The notes under the pieces: model-generated
What the model was told of the DNA's origin: nothing
The model's input: only the letters and a program-made list of their open reading frames with translations
Databases searched by the model: none
Made by a program: the position numbers and the translations under genes
Source of the DNA: Phaeosaccion multiseriatum
Lineage: Eukaryota > Protista > Ochrophyta, other classes
Length of the DNA stretch: 64,000 nt
Direction: 5' to 3'
NCBI GenBank assembly: GCA_965112735.1
Contig: OZ218959.1
Coordinates: 3,381,102 to 3,445,101, forward strand
Shown: positions 1 through 12,529 of the stretch, piece after piece
Layout of the letters: each line of letters begins with the position of its first letter
Numbering within the stretch: position 1 is the stretch's first letter

Positions 1-1017
1 GAGGACGAGGCCCTGCTGGTCGCCGTGCGCGAGACGTCAACATTCGGCACGGGTGCCGGCGGTGCGGGCCTCTCTCCTCCTGTATTGCGCATCGTGGACG
101 CGCGTTCCGTCATCAACGCAAAGGGCAACGCTCTCCTTGGCAAGGGGCATGAGGTGGTGTCGAGGCTGGCACACACTGAGATCTCCTTCATGAAGATTGA
201 GAACATTCACGCCATGAGGAACAGTTTTGCCGCCTTGGCCGTGGCTTGTGCATCTGACGACGAGCTGTGGTTCTCCTCCCTGCACGACTCGCGATGGCTG
301 CACCACATTGCTGCGCTCATGAAGGGGGCAGTCGCTGTGGCCAGGCATCTTGACGCAGGAGACCCCGTGCTCGTGCATTGCAGCGACGGTTGGGACCGGA
401 CGAGTCAGCTCACCGCGGGGGCGCAGCTCCTCTTGGACCCGTACTTTCGCACCCTCCGGGGCTTCCAGACCCTCATAGAGAAGGACTGGTGTGCGTTTGG
501 CCACCAATTCGCCACTCGGACAGGGAGCGGCGGCAACGAAGGGCATGAGGTCTCCCCGGTGTGGGTTCAGTTCCTCGACATGGTGTTTCAGCTCATCAGT
601 CAGTTCCCCTTGGCCTTCGAGTTCAACGAGGCGCTGCTGCTCTTTCTGCTGCGAGCGGGCTATAGTCGTTGGTTCAGCACCTTCCTCTTTAACTCCGAGA
701 GGGAGCGTTCGGCAGTTCTTTCTCAGTGCACACCAGAGGCCACGGTGACGGTCTGGCAGCACGTGCACCACAGCAGGGAGCTGTACCTCAACCCCATTTA
801 CGACTCCTCCCAGGGCTCTCAGAGTTGCGGTAGGGGAGGGGGGGCACGGCGGCGGCTGAGTCCCTCATGCAGCGTCAGGTTGTTGAGCGTGTGGCACCAG
901 GCCTACGGGGGGGGGCACTCCCAGGGGGAGTCGAGTAAGGAGGATGTCCTGCTGCGCAAGGTGCAGAGCCTACAGGCCATAATTACTGCTCAACAGAGAG
1001 CGGCGGACCGAGCGTGT

Positions 1018-1057
<40 letters not shown>

Positions 1058-1230
1058 TCCCCCCAGATCCGCCGGCAGGCCTAACCGATAGTATGCAGCA
1101 GGCCGCCGGGATGTACAGCGAGAAGGGTGTACGTGGCTTTGATGGCTTGGACCACGCGGAGCACGCGGAGAGTGGCGATGGAGACGACGGAGACGGCGAA
1201 GACAGCGACACGATCATGGTCGTCCGTTAG
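1..1230 (+). CDS. Myotubularin-family phosphoinositide 3-phosphatase (5' end outside window)
   Basis: Active-site signature VHCSDGWDRT plus the conserved IVDAR, IENIHAMRNSF, LLLDPYFRT, EKDWCAFGHQF and FPLAFEFNE blocks; frame open from the window edge; polyQ tail. Confidence 0.95.
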
Positions 1231-1370
1231 CGTTGGCCGTGCTTCCCTCTCAACTATGTTTATATCCCATGTATATATTAGCGGAAAGGGGTTTATTTTA
1301 TTAGAATTAACGGAAGGTTTATTCACATTGTTTGCATCTCCGGCCCCTGTTTCATGTACAATCGCTAGTG

Positions 1371-4231
1371 CTACTCCCCTTGCCCCTGCCCCAGCTGCTG
1401 CTCGGCTGCGAGTCCGTTGAGGTGGTCGTTGAGCTCATTGCCACCCTCGAAGGGGTTGTTGGGGATCATGTCGGCCGGCTGCAGCAGCAGCTCCCCACAC
1501 TGCACAGTGCCGTGACTGTGCACCCAATAGCTCATGGTGAGGAACACCACAAGGTGCAGGGCCACCACGTACAGGAAGAGGAGGTGGCGGGCCTGCTTGT
1601 TACCCAGGAACATGCGTGTGGTGCTGAACATGATGCGCTCCGGGACACTCAGTTCGTCGTATTTGCGTGCCTGCTCCCTTTGACTGAACTGCGAGAAGGG
1701 GCTGATGCGCGTCTCGTACATTTGTCGGTAGCGGCCCGTGGAGTGGCGGGACCCGCCCTTTCGGTCGGCGGCAGACAAAGAGCCTTCAGGAGGTGGCGAT
1801 GGCGCGGTGGCACTCAGCCCAGCCCCAGACTCGAGGTCCTCGGCCGGGAGGGGGGGGTTCTGCTGCTGGTACTGATAGCTCTGCAGAAAGCGAACCTTCT
1901 CGTACAGCTGACAGACACGTGCGTGTTGGTGGGGAGCGCCGACACGTCGTTAGTTACAAGCAGCAAACAGCGAGCATGCCCGACCCGGACGGACACAAAA
2001 GACACACTCACACACACACAAATACACACACCTTGAGGTTGTCCTTCTCCATCTCTTCGAAGGACGCGGCCTTATCCGTTGCCTGCCTCTTGAGCTCCTC
2101 CTTCTCCGCGTCAAGCTCCGCCATGCGCTTCCTGAAGCGATCTCTCTGCGCCTGGACGATGCGCAGGACATCAACTCCCTGGTGCTGCTGTACGACCAAC
2201 TGCTGCTGTTGCTGCTGCTGCTGCTGCTGCCCGTCTTCCGCCATTGCTTTGAGCAAGGCCTCTTCGCTGCCGTCGGAATCTTGTTTGAGGTTGGGGGCAG
2301 TGTTGCTGCTGCTGCCGCCGCCGCCGCCGGAGTACTTGCCCGCAAGGTGCTCCTCGAGCTCGTGTATCACGCTGAGTCTCTCTGCCAACACTCGATCTGC
2401 CTCCACCAGCTGCACCCTGCCAAGCTCCGCCACCGCCCGCTGCTCCTCGGCCTCTCGTCGGGCAGTCACGAGGTCGCCCTCAAGCCGCCGAACCTTCTTC
2501 TTCACAATGGCCTCCATGCTCCTCGCCTGAGGAGGCTTCTCGATGAAGTCCTCGGGGTCGACGCTGCCATCTGTATCGTCCTCCTCCACGACATTGAATT
2601 CCAACTGCTGCAACATGAGGATCTGCTTCTTGAGCTGGTCCACCTCCTCTTTGGAGGCGCTGCCCTTGAGGTGCTCCTGAGCGGCTTTCCTCTCCTCTCG
2701 CGCAGTCTCAAGCTCGTCTTTCAACGCATGCGCCTGCAACAGCGCAATAGTCGTGTGTGTGTGTGAGAGTGTGTGTGTGCATGTTGGAAAGATAAACAAC
2801 AAAAGCATCGACCCGCCCGTCGCTCACTCACCTCTCCCACGAGAAGCTTCTTCTCCTTGAGCAGCGCGGCCTCCCTTGCGGCAAACTCCTCTCTGTGCCT
2901 CGCGTACAGCGAGGAGACACTCTCCAGCTCCTGCTCGAGCGCGGCCGTGGCCCCTTTGAGCTCGCTCTGGAGAGAGAGGGAGGCGTTTGTGGGGCTGCTG
3001 CTGCGAGGCTCCCGCCGCTCCAGCTTGTGCTGCAACTCCTTCTTGTCTCCCTTGAGGAGCGCCACTTGCGCGTTTGCCGTATCGATGGAAGTCGTCAGAA
3101 TGTCTCTCTCCGCTGCCCACGCTGCCTCTCTCTCCTGGGCGCCCCGTGTTGACTCAAAGAGCAGCGTCTGGGCGCGATCGGACCTCGCCTGGGCATCTGC
3201 AAGCTCGTCCAACGCCGCCTGGACCCTGTTGTTGGGGGACGGAATGTACTAAGTGAGTTGCTGTGCTTCGCTTCCTTTGCTCTTACTAGAACGCACAAGC
3301 TCCCGCACCTTCGCTGGAGCGTGGCCTCGTTCTCGGAAACCTCCGCCAGCTTGAGTCTCGCGTCCTCCTCCAGCTTGGCCTGCTTGGCGGCCAGCGATGA
3401 CGCCACCTTCTCCGTCATGCTCTCGTCGTACTCCTTTAGCCTGTTTTTTTGGCCAACGTAAAAGAGAGAGGGTTAAGGCCACACACACAAAAGGCTTACG
3501 CTTTGGCTGCTTACTTCGGTCACATGCAATTTACTCACTTGTCCTCCAACTTGCGGATGGTAATGTCCTGATTCTTGAGCTTGCTGAACTCCGTCTCGTA
3601 GTCCGCCAGCTCCTGCTTCAGCCTCTGCAGCTGCAGCTCCGACACGGCGGCCTTGGGGGCCTCCTGCAGGGCAGCAGACAGGGCTGCAGCGGGGTCTGGC
3701 GCCTCGTACAGAGCCTTGTACAGGGAGTAAAAGGCATTGTCGCTGAACTTACTCCGCCGAGTCAAGGCATCCACCTCTTCTTGGTACGCCTTGAGCAGGT
3801 CCTGTTTGTTGTTTGGTGTGCTTTGTGTGGGCTCAGGCTTAACTTGAAAGCCTGTTCCCTTTGCCTCTTCATCCTCACCTTGATGCTGCCAATCTTCTCC
3901 TCGTCGCTTCTCCTTCGGAAGTCTTTTGTACTCTCCGCCAGTCGCTTCCGCCCTCTCAGGCTCACGTCCTTGGCGTCCTGCATCTGCAGCGCTTGCTGGT
4001 CCAGCTGTATCCGCCGCCCGTCCAAGTCGAAAGCCCGCCAGTACTCTAACACAGACTTTCACAGCACAGCAACGGGGATGGGGGGGGGGGGATTCAATTA
4101 ACACCTGCCCATTCTGGGAGAAGGTGGAAAATGTGATTGCTTACGTGAAGGTGCCCTCCTCCCTGCGATGTCGCCGTCGGACTTTCGGGCCCGACGACCT
4201 CCACCGGCTCGCCCACGGCCTCCATCTCCAT
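1371..4231 (-). CDS. Golgi protein CASP (CUX1 alternative product / Coy1-like), multi-exon
   Basis: Spliced ORFs give the CASP N-terminus (RKRLAESTKDFRR, LLKAYQEEVDALTRRSKFSD, LKNQDITIRKLE), coiled coils, QRDRFRKR, DNLKLYEKVRFLQSY, YETRISPFSQF and a C-terminal TM (LLFLYVVALHLVVF); inferred start ATG at 4231. Confidence 0.9.
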
Positions 4232-4431
4232 CGGTGCCGACGATTAATGTTGTGTTGCTTCGTCGATCTTTTTCTCCCTTCTCGCCGGGCCAGCCTGTGA
4301 GCTGTGGCGAAGCACCAACATTTTACCTCCTGCTGCTCTTCAATAAAGGATTTTGCAGGTGCTTTTTGCGTCCACCCCCAAAACATCCCTGTAGGCATAC
4401 TGTGCGGGGAGGGGGCTGGGGGCTGGAGGCC

Positions 4432-7201
4432 ATGCGTCGCTTTGTGCTCGCGGCCACCTTACTGCTGGTGAATGTGGCGGCCGTCCATGGCTTCCATGGC
4501 CCACCACTGCGGCTGCATACTTCCTTTGAGCAGCAGTGTAGACGAAGTAGCAGCAGCAGCAGTAGTAGTAGTGGTAGTAGCAGAAGCAGTAGGATATATA
4601 GCACGGACGGCGGCACGGACGGCGGCACGGACGGCAGCACGGACGTCAGCGCTGCGACGAGGGACGTACTGGCAAAGCTCAAAGAGTCCGGCAAGATGAA
4701 GGCCAAGGCGGCAGAGGCGGCGAGGAGCAAAGGACGGTGGAAGCGAGCTCGGGCCATGTCGAGATTGACTCGTCGGGAAGACGACTCTTTACCCCCGAGC
4801 GAGGACCCTCTTCCTCCCCTTAGCGGCATTGGTGTGGTGACGCCAAGCCCCCCGCCCGAAGAAGAGACGCCGGAGGACCGTGCCTTTCGCATAGCAAAGG
4901 AGCGGGCTAGAACAGACGCGGCAGGAAACCGAAGGGCTGCCGCAGCGGCGGAGGCTGTGGCAATGGCTCGAGCGAAGGCTAAGGTAGAGGCCGAAATGAA
5001 GGCCAAGGCGGAGGCGGAGGCCAAAGCCAAGCTGGATGCAGGAATCACGCCCGAGGTGGAGGCGAGGATGAAGGAGGAAGAGGAGGCGCGGATGAAGGCG
5101 CAAGCCAAGGCGCAGGCAGAGGCTGATGCGAAGGCCAAGGCGGCCAAGGCGGCTGCGCTCGCCGAAGAGAGGGCCGCCAACTTGGCGCAGAGGGAAGCAG
5201 ACGCAGCGTGGGAGGCCAAGGCCCTTGAGCGAGCTCAGAACGAGGACGCCCGTTTGAGGGCAGAGGAAGAAGAACAGCGGCGCGCTCGGAAGGAAAAGAT
5301 GGAGGAGGAGGATGCCAAGCTGAAGGCAGAAGCGGCGCTGTTGTCTCCCGAAGACGTCCCCATCGGGCAGGAGTACGTGTCTCCGGAGAATGACAACCCA
5401 GCCTACATGGACACGCGCAACATTGTCATTGTTGCCAAAGTGGAGCTCGACGAGGGGCAGGCGCTGCTCGATGAAGCCATTCGTCGCTGGCAGAGTGCTA
5501 CGCAAAAGGTGGGGGCCATACGCGACGAGCTCTCGCCCCGGAAGCTCGCCGCCAAGGAGGCTGACCGGAGGCGTGTGTGGGCCAACAAATTCGGCACTGT
5601 TGAGGAAATGAAGTTGGCGGAAGAGCAGGCCAAGCTCGCCGCATCCAAGTCGGTAGTGATGGTCAGGGAGAGGGAAGTTGCCGACGTGCAGGTGAGCAAC
5701 CGGCTGCATGAGGTCCAGATTGAGCAGTTCCAGGTAAAGAAGCTCAACCTTCGCATGGAGGACGGGACGCTCAAGTACAAGGCGGCCTTGCGGGACATTG
5801 AAACGGGTATTGAGGCGGCCAGAGATATCTCGCGCAATGCCATTCGATCCGCGATGGCGGAGGCGGAGGCCCGACACCGCGCCGACGAAGAAGTGACCAT
5901 CCAGAAAATGCTCACTCTGAACTTTGGGAGAGAGGAACGGGACCGGTGGATGAGCTCGCCGGAGGGGCAGGCTGTGCAGCAAGAGGCGGAGAGGCAGAAG
6001 AAGGTGGAGCAAGAAGCAAGGAGCTTGTACTTTAAGGAGCGTGCTGAGCAGCAGCGACAGGAGGCGGCCGAGAGAGAGGCCAAGGAGAGAATGCTGGCGA
6101 AGCTCAAGCCAGACGAAGATGCCGACACGGAGGGCTACAAGGCGGAGGCGAGCCTGGTGGAGTCCAAGCTCAATCTAAGGAAGAATCGCGCTGCGGCCAA
6201 GATGAAGGCCGAGGCATGGCTCAAGGAGGAGAGGGAGATGGCCGTGGCGGAGCGCACATGGCTCTCCAAGAGGCGTGACTACGAGAAGAAGCACTCGGTG
6301 CAAAAGAAGGAGACGCAGCTTGCCAAGGCGCTTGCACGCCTCTCGCCCGCCGAAAAGGAAGCCCGGAGCAGCATGTTGCCCGCAGAGATGGCTCTCTTTG
6401 ACGCCGAGCTCGCTCTGGCCGCCGCCACTGACGAGGAATGGGAGACTACGGCAGAGCTCAATGTCAAGGAAAGCCCCGACAGTGCGTCTGGAGGGGCGGA
6501 TGCCTCAGTCGCGGCGGGTATGGTCGAGCTACAGAAGATGATCAAGAGCGACGACGAGTTTCGAGAGCAGAAGAAGAAGGACCTGCAGGAGCTCGTGGAG
6601 GAGAACAGGAGAAACGACCCCCCCCCCACGGCCAAGGACCAGGTGGACACCATCATCAAGCACACGAGCATCATGGGGCTCAAGGACATTCTCAAGCAGC
6701 AGGTTCGTCGTGTCCACTCCTCCTCCCTATCTCGTACGTGTTGTTGTTGTTGAGTCCAGGATGGCCCCCTCCTTTTTCTTGTACTTGTACAGGGTGTAAA
6801 CTTGATGTCGCTGCCCACTGGAGTCTACGCTTCTCGCAAGAAGCTTGCCCCCTATCTTGTCAAGATCCTCGCCGGGGAGGAGGAGGACTATGACCTAGCT
6901 CTGCAGACTCTTCGGGTATGTATGTGTGTTCGTTTCGTCTGTGCTTTTTGTTTTTTGTTTGTTTGTATTTGTGTTTGTTCGTGTGTGTGTGTGGTGTGTC
7001 TCTTTGCGCTTTTGCCTTGTGACGAACGAGCAAGTTGTGCCATGCTTACCTCTGCTCCGCTGTTTTGCTTCTTTGCTTTCTCAGGACGTGGACCGCCTGA
7101 TGCTTGAGTCTGTAGCGGATAGGGTGCCCAAGCCGCCCAAGACGTGGTGGGGCAAGTCCAGACTCTTCAACCTGGAAGAGAAGAACAACTACACGGACTA
7201 G
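4432..7201 (+). CDS. Putative plastid-targeted coiled-coil protein of unknown function (exons ~4432-6702, ~6793-6915, ~7086-7201)
   Basis: Long ORF starting MRRFVLAATLLLVNVAAVHG-F (signal peptide, then Phe and a Ser-rich transit-like stretch); A/E/K/R-rich helical body; GT-AG introns lead to a stop at 7201. Confidence 0.75.
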
Positions 7202-7357
7202 GGCATCAGGAATTTTTAATTGAAAACAGAGATACAGTACCCCCTCTCCTGTGTTTCAGTGTCTATTATTCTATTAGCCTCCAGGGTATGAGGAAGCGAC
7301 GGAGCGGAGGTGAGAGCGAGAGCAGGAGCACAGCAACACTGCCCAGGGGGAAACCAA

Positions 7358-7946
7358 TCACGACATCATTGTCCTTGTCGCTTTCACCAGAGACTCGTTG
7401 CTAAACGGGTACCGCAAGAGGCTGCTGAAGAGGTGCTGCTCGTACTCGTCTTCCCGCCACTTGGACGACGAGTCGACGAGGAGTGTCAACTGGATGTTCC
7501 GCTGTCGCCCCGAGGCCACGGCCTTTATTAGCCTCGCCGCTTCTTCCCCGCTCAGATTCTTCTCGTCCTTCTGCACGAATACTGCGTGATAGCTGGAGGA
7601 TAGAGCACAGGTCGGGGGGGGGAGGGGGAGGGGAGTAAGTGGGATTGGGGGAGAGGGAAAGAGCAACGAACTGGACGGGGTTGACTACCCGGAACTTTAA
7701 AGCCCGCCGCAGGCCGCAGCATAAGCCTGTAGCCTTCGGCACCCACCTCGTGTCAGCCATTCTCTCCACCGCCTCGAAGTTGGAGGCCACCACGTCAAAG
7801 ACCCAGGCTTTGCCCAGCGCCGCACTCACAGCTTCCCCGAGAACATTACCAGTCTCCAGCAGAACCGCGCTATCGGTGTGTGTCGTAACAAACAGGGCCC
7901 GTACTGCTGCAGAACATGACTGACCTCGCAGTCCTTGGTCTTCCAT
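7358..7946 (-). CDS. Small protein resembling a degenerate response-regulator receiver (pseudo-REC) domain; 5' end uncertain
   Basis: An in-frame intron (~7746-7594) joins FDVVASNFEAVERMAD to SYHAVFVQKDEKNLSGEEAARLIK...LLRYPFSNESLVKA, matching the receiver pattern. Confidence 0.5.
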
Positions 7947-8409
7947 GTTCCTCTCCCGCAAAGCTGGGGTGGGTACGCGTAAATCCCTTTTCCTCTATTC
8001 CCCCTTCTACTAGAGTCACTACTCCTCAGTACCCTGAGCTCATCAGCTTTCGAACATACCTTGCACCGCTTCCCTAACGCCCTTCACAAGGGTGTGTTGC
8101 ACCTATCTCGCTGGGCCTTTCTTTGTTAATACTCAAAGGGGGATCACAAAACTAAAGCTGCTGCTGGCTGCTGCTGCTGCTGCTGCTGCTGCTACCGCTT
8201 ACGTACTCGGACCAAATAACCGTCCTTAGCCCCAGAAAGCCAGAAAGCAGTGCTGTCCTGTGTACTGTCTCCGTCCGAAGTGGTGAGTTAAGGTGGTGGA
8301 CTGTGATGTGTGGCCCTCCAACTGCCAACACCCTGCGCGGGAAGGAAACCCATCGTGAAACTGTCACAGACTTATTACTGCATTCTATGAAAGGGGGGGG
8401 ATAGATGAA

Positions 8410-9247
8410 ATGACCTCCGCGCCCCTCTCTTCCGAAGAGAGTGCGAAGGATGGAGACGAGGCGTGGAGGCGAAGCGTGATACAGGTAAAGTATACAAAGT
8501 AGCTCTCTTTCCCTATCTCTGTCTCCCTCTCTACTTTTTTTTGCCGTCGCGTCTCTCTCACTCTACTTCTCTTCTCCCAACTCTCGCATGCGCTGAGCAC
8601 AGGCGGTTCCCATCCCGGACCTGAGCCACACTGGAATCAAGACAGCGTTTGACTACCAGGCGACACAGGCTCTGTCCCCGGATGGCAACGTGACTCGAGA
8701 GTTTCGTGAGATCATCAACCATAGAATGAGATCGTGCACAATAGTCCCGGACGAAAAAGATCAGGACATGAGCGCCAAGGACTACAAAAGGACGGTGCGG
8801 CGCTATCGGAAGGGGGTTGGTGGTGCCTCCCCCCTAATGTCCCGGATGTCGCTTCTGGAGGGAGATGGGCAGGGCAACGGAGGCTTAGGAAATAGTGACA
8901 GTGCCCTCACCAGCGGCAGCAGCGTAAGCAACAAGGAGCGCCACCATCGAAGTGTGCGATTAGCCGCGTTTCGGCAGGACCTCGCTGACTTACAGGAGAC
9001 CAACGACCCGTCCTTCTCCAGAGAAAAGGACTGCCCTTGGGGCCAGGCAAGACAGCTGGACAACCTGCCAAGAAGGAAAAGAGGGAGGAAGAAGAAGGCG
9101 ACGACGACTGCAGCTCTTCTGGGGTGCTTACTCGATCTCGCCTACGAAAAGCGCCCGGAGGAGGCATGGGATTTGCAGGGGTTGCCGGATAGTATCGTAG
9201 AGACCACGGCCCAGAACCGGAGGGCGAGAACGCCACTGCCGCGCTAG
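8410..9247 (+). CDS. Hypothetical basic protein (exons 8410-8484, 8603-9247)
   Basis: ATG exon with CAG|GTAAAG donor splices in phase, via a pyrimidine-rich intron, into ORF 8690-9247; no recognisable domain. Confidence 0.5.
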
Positions 9248-9928
9248 CCCTTTTGGTAGCTTTTGCTTAGATCATTCGAATAACTTAGTCGTTGTAAATC
9301 TTGGCGTTTGGCGTGGCGCCAAGCCTCCTCCCCTTCCGCCTGAAGCAGCAGAGAAAGCCGCAAAGGGGCTCTCTCAGCGTCTCGGTGGAGTTCTGGCACT
9401 CAAGGCGGGCCTTTCGGAAGGAATGACAGCGCCCACAAAGGGGACGCTCTCAACCTTTGCTATTGGCCTTTCAGTATGCCCCACCACACCTGTACTTGGT
9501 CTCCTTCCGTTCAGGAGGTGTAGACACAACAACACGCCTCCGATCCGAACCAGACTAAACCGGGCGTAATACATCCCTAGGGGCAATCACCCCCGTCGGG
9601 GTCCATACACGCGCTCACGCTTCTTAACTCCGGCTCTCGAGACGCAGTTTCTCCCTGGACTCCTCTCTGCGAAAGCAGAAGCTCGGTGGGCGATGCATTG
9701 CTGTAGAGCAAAACTTCTTGTAGTCAGAAGCCACCTCCATGCCCTTGCAATCTCCACCAAATGTTGAAGGACAAACTCTTTACAGAGTGCTGTCCCAGGA
9801 TTCATATCTCGGAAGCCGAACAGAGTCTCACGCACTGGTCTTCGGACGTAGCGGTGCTACGATAGAGGGGATAACGTAGTCAGCCCCCACAAGCTCGGCT
9901 CCTCGCACCTCTCATCACCCCACTGTAC

Positions 9929-11008
9929 CTATCGCGCCCGCCCCCCCTTTCCCAGCACGCTCAGGGCCATGCCGAGACCCGTGCCAAGGATGACGAGTCC
10001 GAAAGCAGCAAACAAGTGGCTTCCATGCCGCTCCTCCTTGTCGCTGACACCCAGGCCGAGCGCATAGGCGTAGAGCCGAGCATCGATCTGGAAACCCTGT
10101 TCTTGACTCAGCCGATCCAAGCTCTCTCGTAGGGAACGAAGGGGAAGCCTGTGAACCGTGATGAGCTCCCCCTCTTCAGGCGTAGCCACAGCGTTCACAT
10201 TCTCCGGGGCATCCCTGAGATTCGGCCCGGGTGCGATCGAAGGGTATGTTGCAGGCCCAAGCGTGAGCAAGGGGGAGGGGAACTGATGGAACACAATTTC
10301 TCTGAGCTCACCCGTCGATGTCCATCGCCACGTATCTCATGTTGGCATTCGTCATACCTGGATCGCACGGGGTAATGGGCGACTGGAACAAGTGCATTGG
10401 GCGGAGCGAAGGCAGCAACACTAAATGGGATAGGCTGAAATGGATTTAGAGTCACACAAGAGCACCGACCTGCGAGACGACGGTGCCTGAGTATCCGGTT
10501 TCCTCCTTCAGCTCTCGGACAGCAGCTTCACTTGCGCTTTCCCCGGCATCCACTAGCCCCTTCGGCGCATTCACGTAAGACAAGAGCGTCAGCTGCGGTG
10601 GCGAGTGCTTGGTTTCAATGCCCTTCTACTCTATCACTCACCGCCGGTGCTTCGATCATATCTCCGTCCGGACAGGGAGGCCTAAACTGCGACACAAGCA
10701 AGAGTTCTGCTGGCTTCCCCGTCTTGGGGTACCGAACAACGCCCATTACAGCCACGCCATCGCACTCGGATCTTCGCGTCGGACGAAAAGCCGCCTCCCA
10801 GAGTCGGTCTTTGCCAGCAGGATCTTGCCAAAAAATCTTTACAAAAAGGGAAGAAACGAGCAGGCAGCGCGCGTTTAGCTGCAAGGGTCCCCGCTGTGTC
10901 TTTCTTTACAGGGTTGCTTGCCTTCTTCAGGGACACCCATCGGAAATCGGGCGCGGCGAGAAGCTCCTCCTTGACGACAATACTGCTTTTCATCCTCTCT
11001 CCCTTCAT
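9929..11008 (-). CDS. ADP-ribose pyrophosphatase (NUDT5/Ysa1-like Nudix hydrolase) with C-terminal hydrophobic tail, multi-exon
   Basis: WVSLKKIFWQDPAGKDRLWE, QFRPP, intact Nudix box GLVDAGESASEAAVRELKEETGY (~10490-10560), DPGMTN, GELITVH, IDARLYAYALG. Confidence 0.9.
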
Positions 11009-11301
11009 TTCCTCAATCCGTCCTTGCTCCGTGGTTTCTCTGTCTTACTGTCTTACTCTATTTTAGCGTGTGGAGAGAATGGGGGGGCGATGAAGGATCG
11101 GCGAAGGATCGGAAAAGAAGGGAGAATCCATGAGCCAGTTGTGAATTCTGTAACGTTCCTTTTCTTTATCATCTCTCCTCTCCTTATCTCTCCTCTCCTT
11201 TCTCCCTCCTCCCTCTTTTTCTCTCTTTTCTACAAAAGAAGGGGCACTGCTTCCCCCCTCTATTCTCTGTTTGGTCGAAAGCCCTGGCTGTTGCAGATAA
11301 A

Positions 11302-12459
11302 ATGGGTAGCACGACGCTGCCTGCGACGTCATGCGCGATGCGGGAGAGCATCGCGCAAAAGAGCGGGCCGAGGGCGTCAGTGTACAGTGTTCTGCGGAGC
11401 CAGGCGTATGCGACCGACATCCGCTTCTTTAAGTCCAGTACGAAGCAGCCGTACCGCACTGGGGATGTGTACAAAGGGAATTGGTTAAAGGACAAGAAGA
11501 GTGGGTACGGCACAATGACTTGGGCTGGGGGTAGCAAGTATGAGGGGGAATGGGGGGGGAATGCGAGGGAAGGCAAGGGGACGCTTTGGATTAAAGATAA
11601 GAAGCACAACAAGCTGCGGAAGCAGTATGCTGGGGATTGGGTCAAGGACAAGAGGGAGGGCATGGGGGTGCTGTACTACAAGGACGGGGGCCGGTACGAG
11701 GGTCAGTGGAAGGCCAACAAGAGGGACGGAAACGGCAAAATGGTGTTCGCCGACGGCTCCATTTACGAGGGCGCTTGGGTAGCAGGGGCACGGCACGGCA
11801 TTGGGGCCATGAAGATGCCCAATGGTGACATGCACGAGGGCCACTACATGCACGACAAGAAGGAAGGACCGGGCAGGTACCTCTACTTCTCCACTCGGAA
11901 GATCTACGAGGGAGAGTGGGTGGACGATGCTCCCCGCTGCGGAGAGTACAAGGACTTGCCGGTGGACCTTGTGTTGGAACACGTGCCGGACGAGAGCTTC
12001 ACGCTCCCCTCCCTGCACATGGCGAGTGCCAAGGCCGTGCTGAGCTTCGCGGCGGCGAGTATTAGGAACCAGAGGGCCATCCGCCTGGGGCAGTCAGAGC
12101 GGGCCTTCTCCGAGGAGGAGTTTGCCATCCTCAAGCAAGGCTTTGACGCCTTCGATGAAGACAAGTGCGGTCTCGTGGCGTGCAGGGCTAAGGGGGGCAA
12201 CACACAAAGCCCTCTGCAGCAGGTGCTGCACAGCATTGGGCTCGAAATGGGGGCTCATGAGTACGAGGCGCTCATCCAAAACCTCGGTGCCGCAGACCAG
12301 AACACCTCCGTCACCTTCCCGGAGTTTATTGACATAATCGGGTGGATGACGAGCTATCAGGACCAGGAAGAAGAGCGAGCGGGAGGGGGGGAGAGGGGAA
12401 GTGAGCGGGAAGAAGAGCAAGAGGACCAATGGGAAGGAGCTGAGCATCAAAATGTATGA
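11302..12459 (+). CDS. MORN-repeat protein (MORN3-like) with C-terminal EF-hand-like region
   Basis: About 7 YxGxWxxxxxxGxG repeats, followed by FDAFDEDKCGLV and VTFPEFIDII EF-hand-like motifs; single ORF. Confidence 0.88.
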   Translation: MGSTTLPATSCAMRESIAQKSGPRASVYSVLRSQAYATDIRFFKSSTKQPYRTGDVYKGNWLKDKKSGYGTMTWAGGSKYEGEWGGNAREGKGTLWIKDKKHNKLRKQYAGDWVKDKREGMGVLYYKDGGRYEGQWKANKRDGNGKMVFADGSIYEGAWVAGARHGIGAMKMPNGDMHEGHYMHDKKEGPGRYLYFSTRKIYEGEWVDDAPRCGEYKDLPVDLVLEHVPDESFTLPSLHMASAKAVLSFAAASIRNQRAIRLGQSERAFSEEEFAILKQGFDAFDEDKCGLVACRAKGGNTQSPLQQVLHSIGLEMGAHEYEALIQNLGAADQNTSVTFPEFIDIIGWMTSYQDQEEERAGGGERGSEREEEQEDQWEGAEHQNV

Positions 12460-12529
12460 AGGAAAAACATCTATTGTAATGTGATTTATTAGAAATATGA
12501 GTCACAAAGACTGAAAGAGCGAAGGTGAA

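Noticed and set aside
4789-6128. Long antisense ORFs here and opposite other genes (e.g. 1332-2036, 43716-44768)
   Set aside because: Shadow ORFs expected from GC-rich codon usage on the opposite strand.
9248-9928. Possible small gene or ncRNA in the 680-bp gap
   Set aside because: Only short ORFs with no recognisable motif, and no tRNA or snRNA signature that I could identify.
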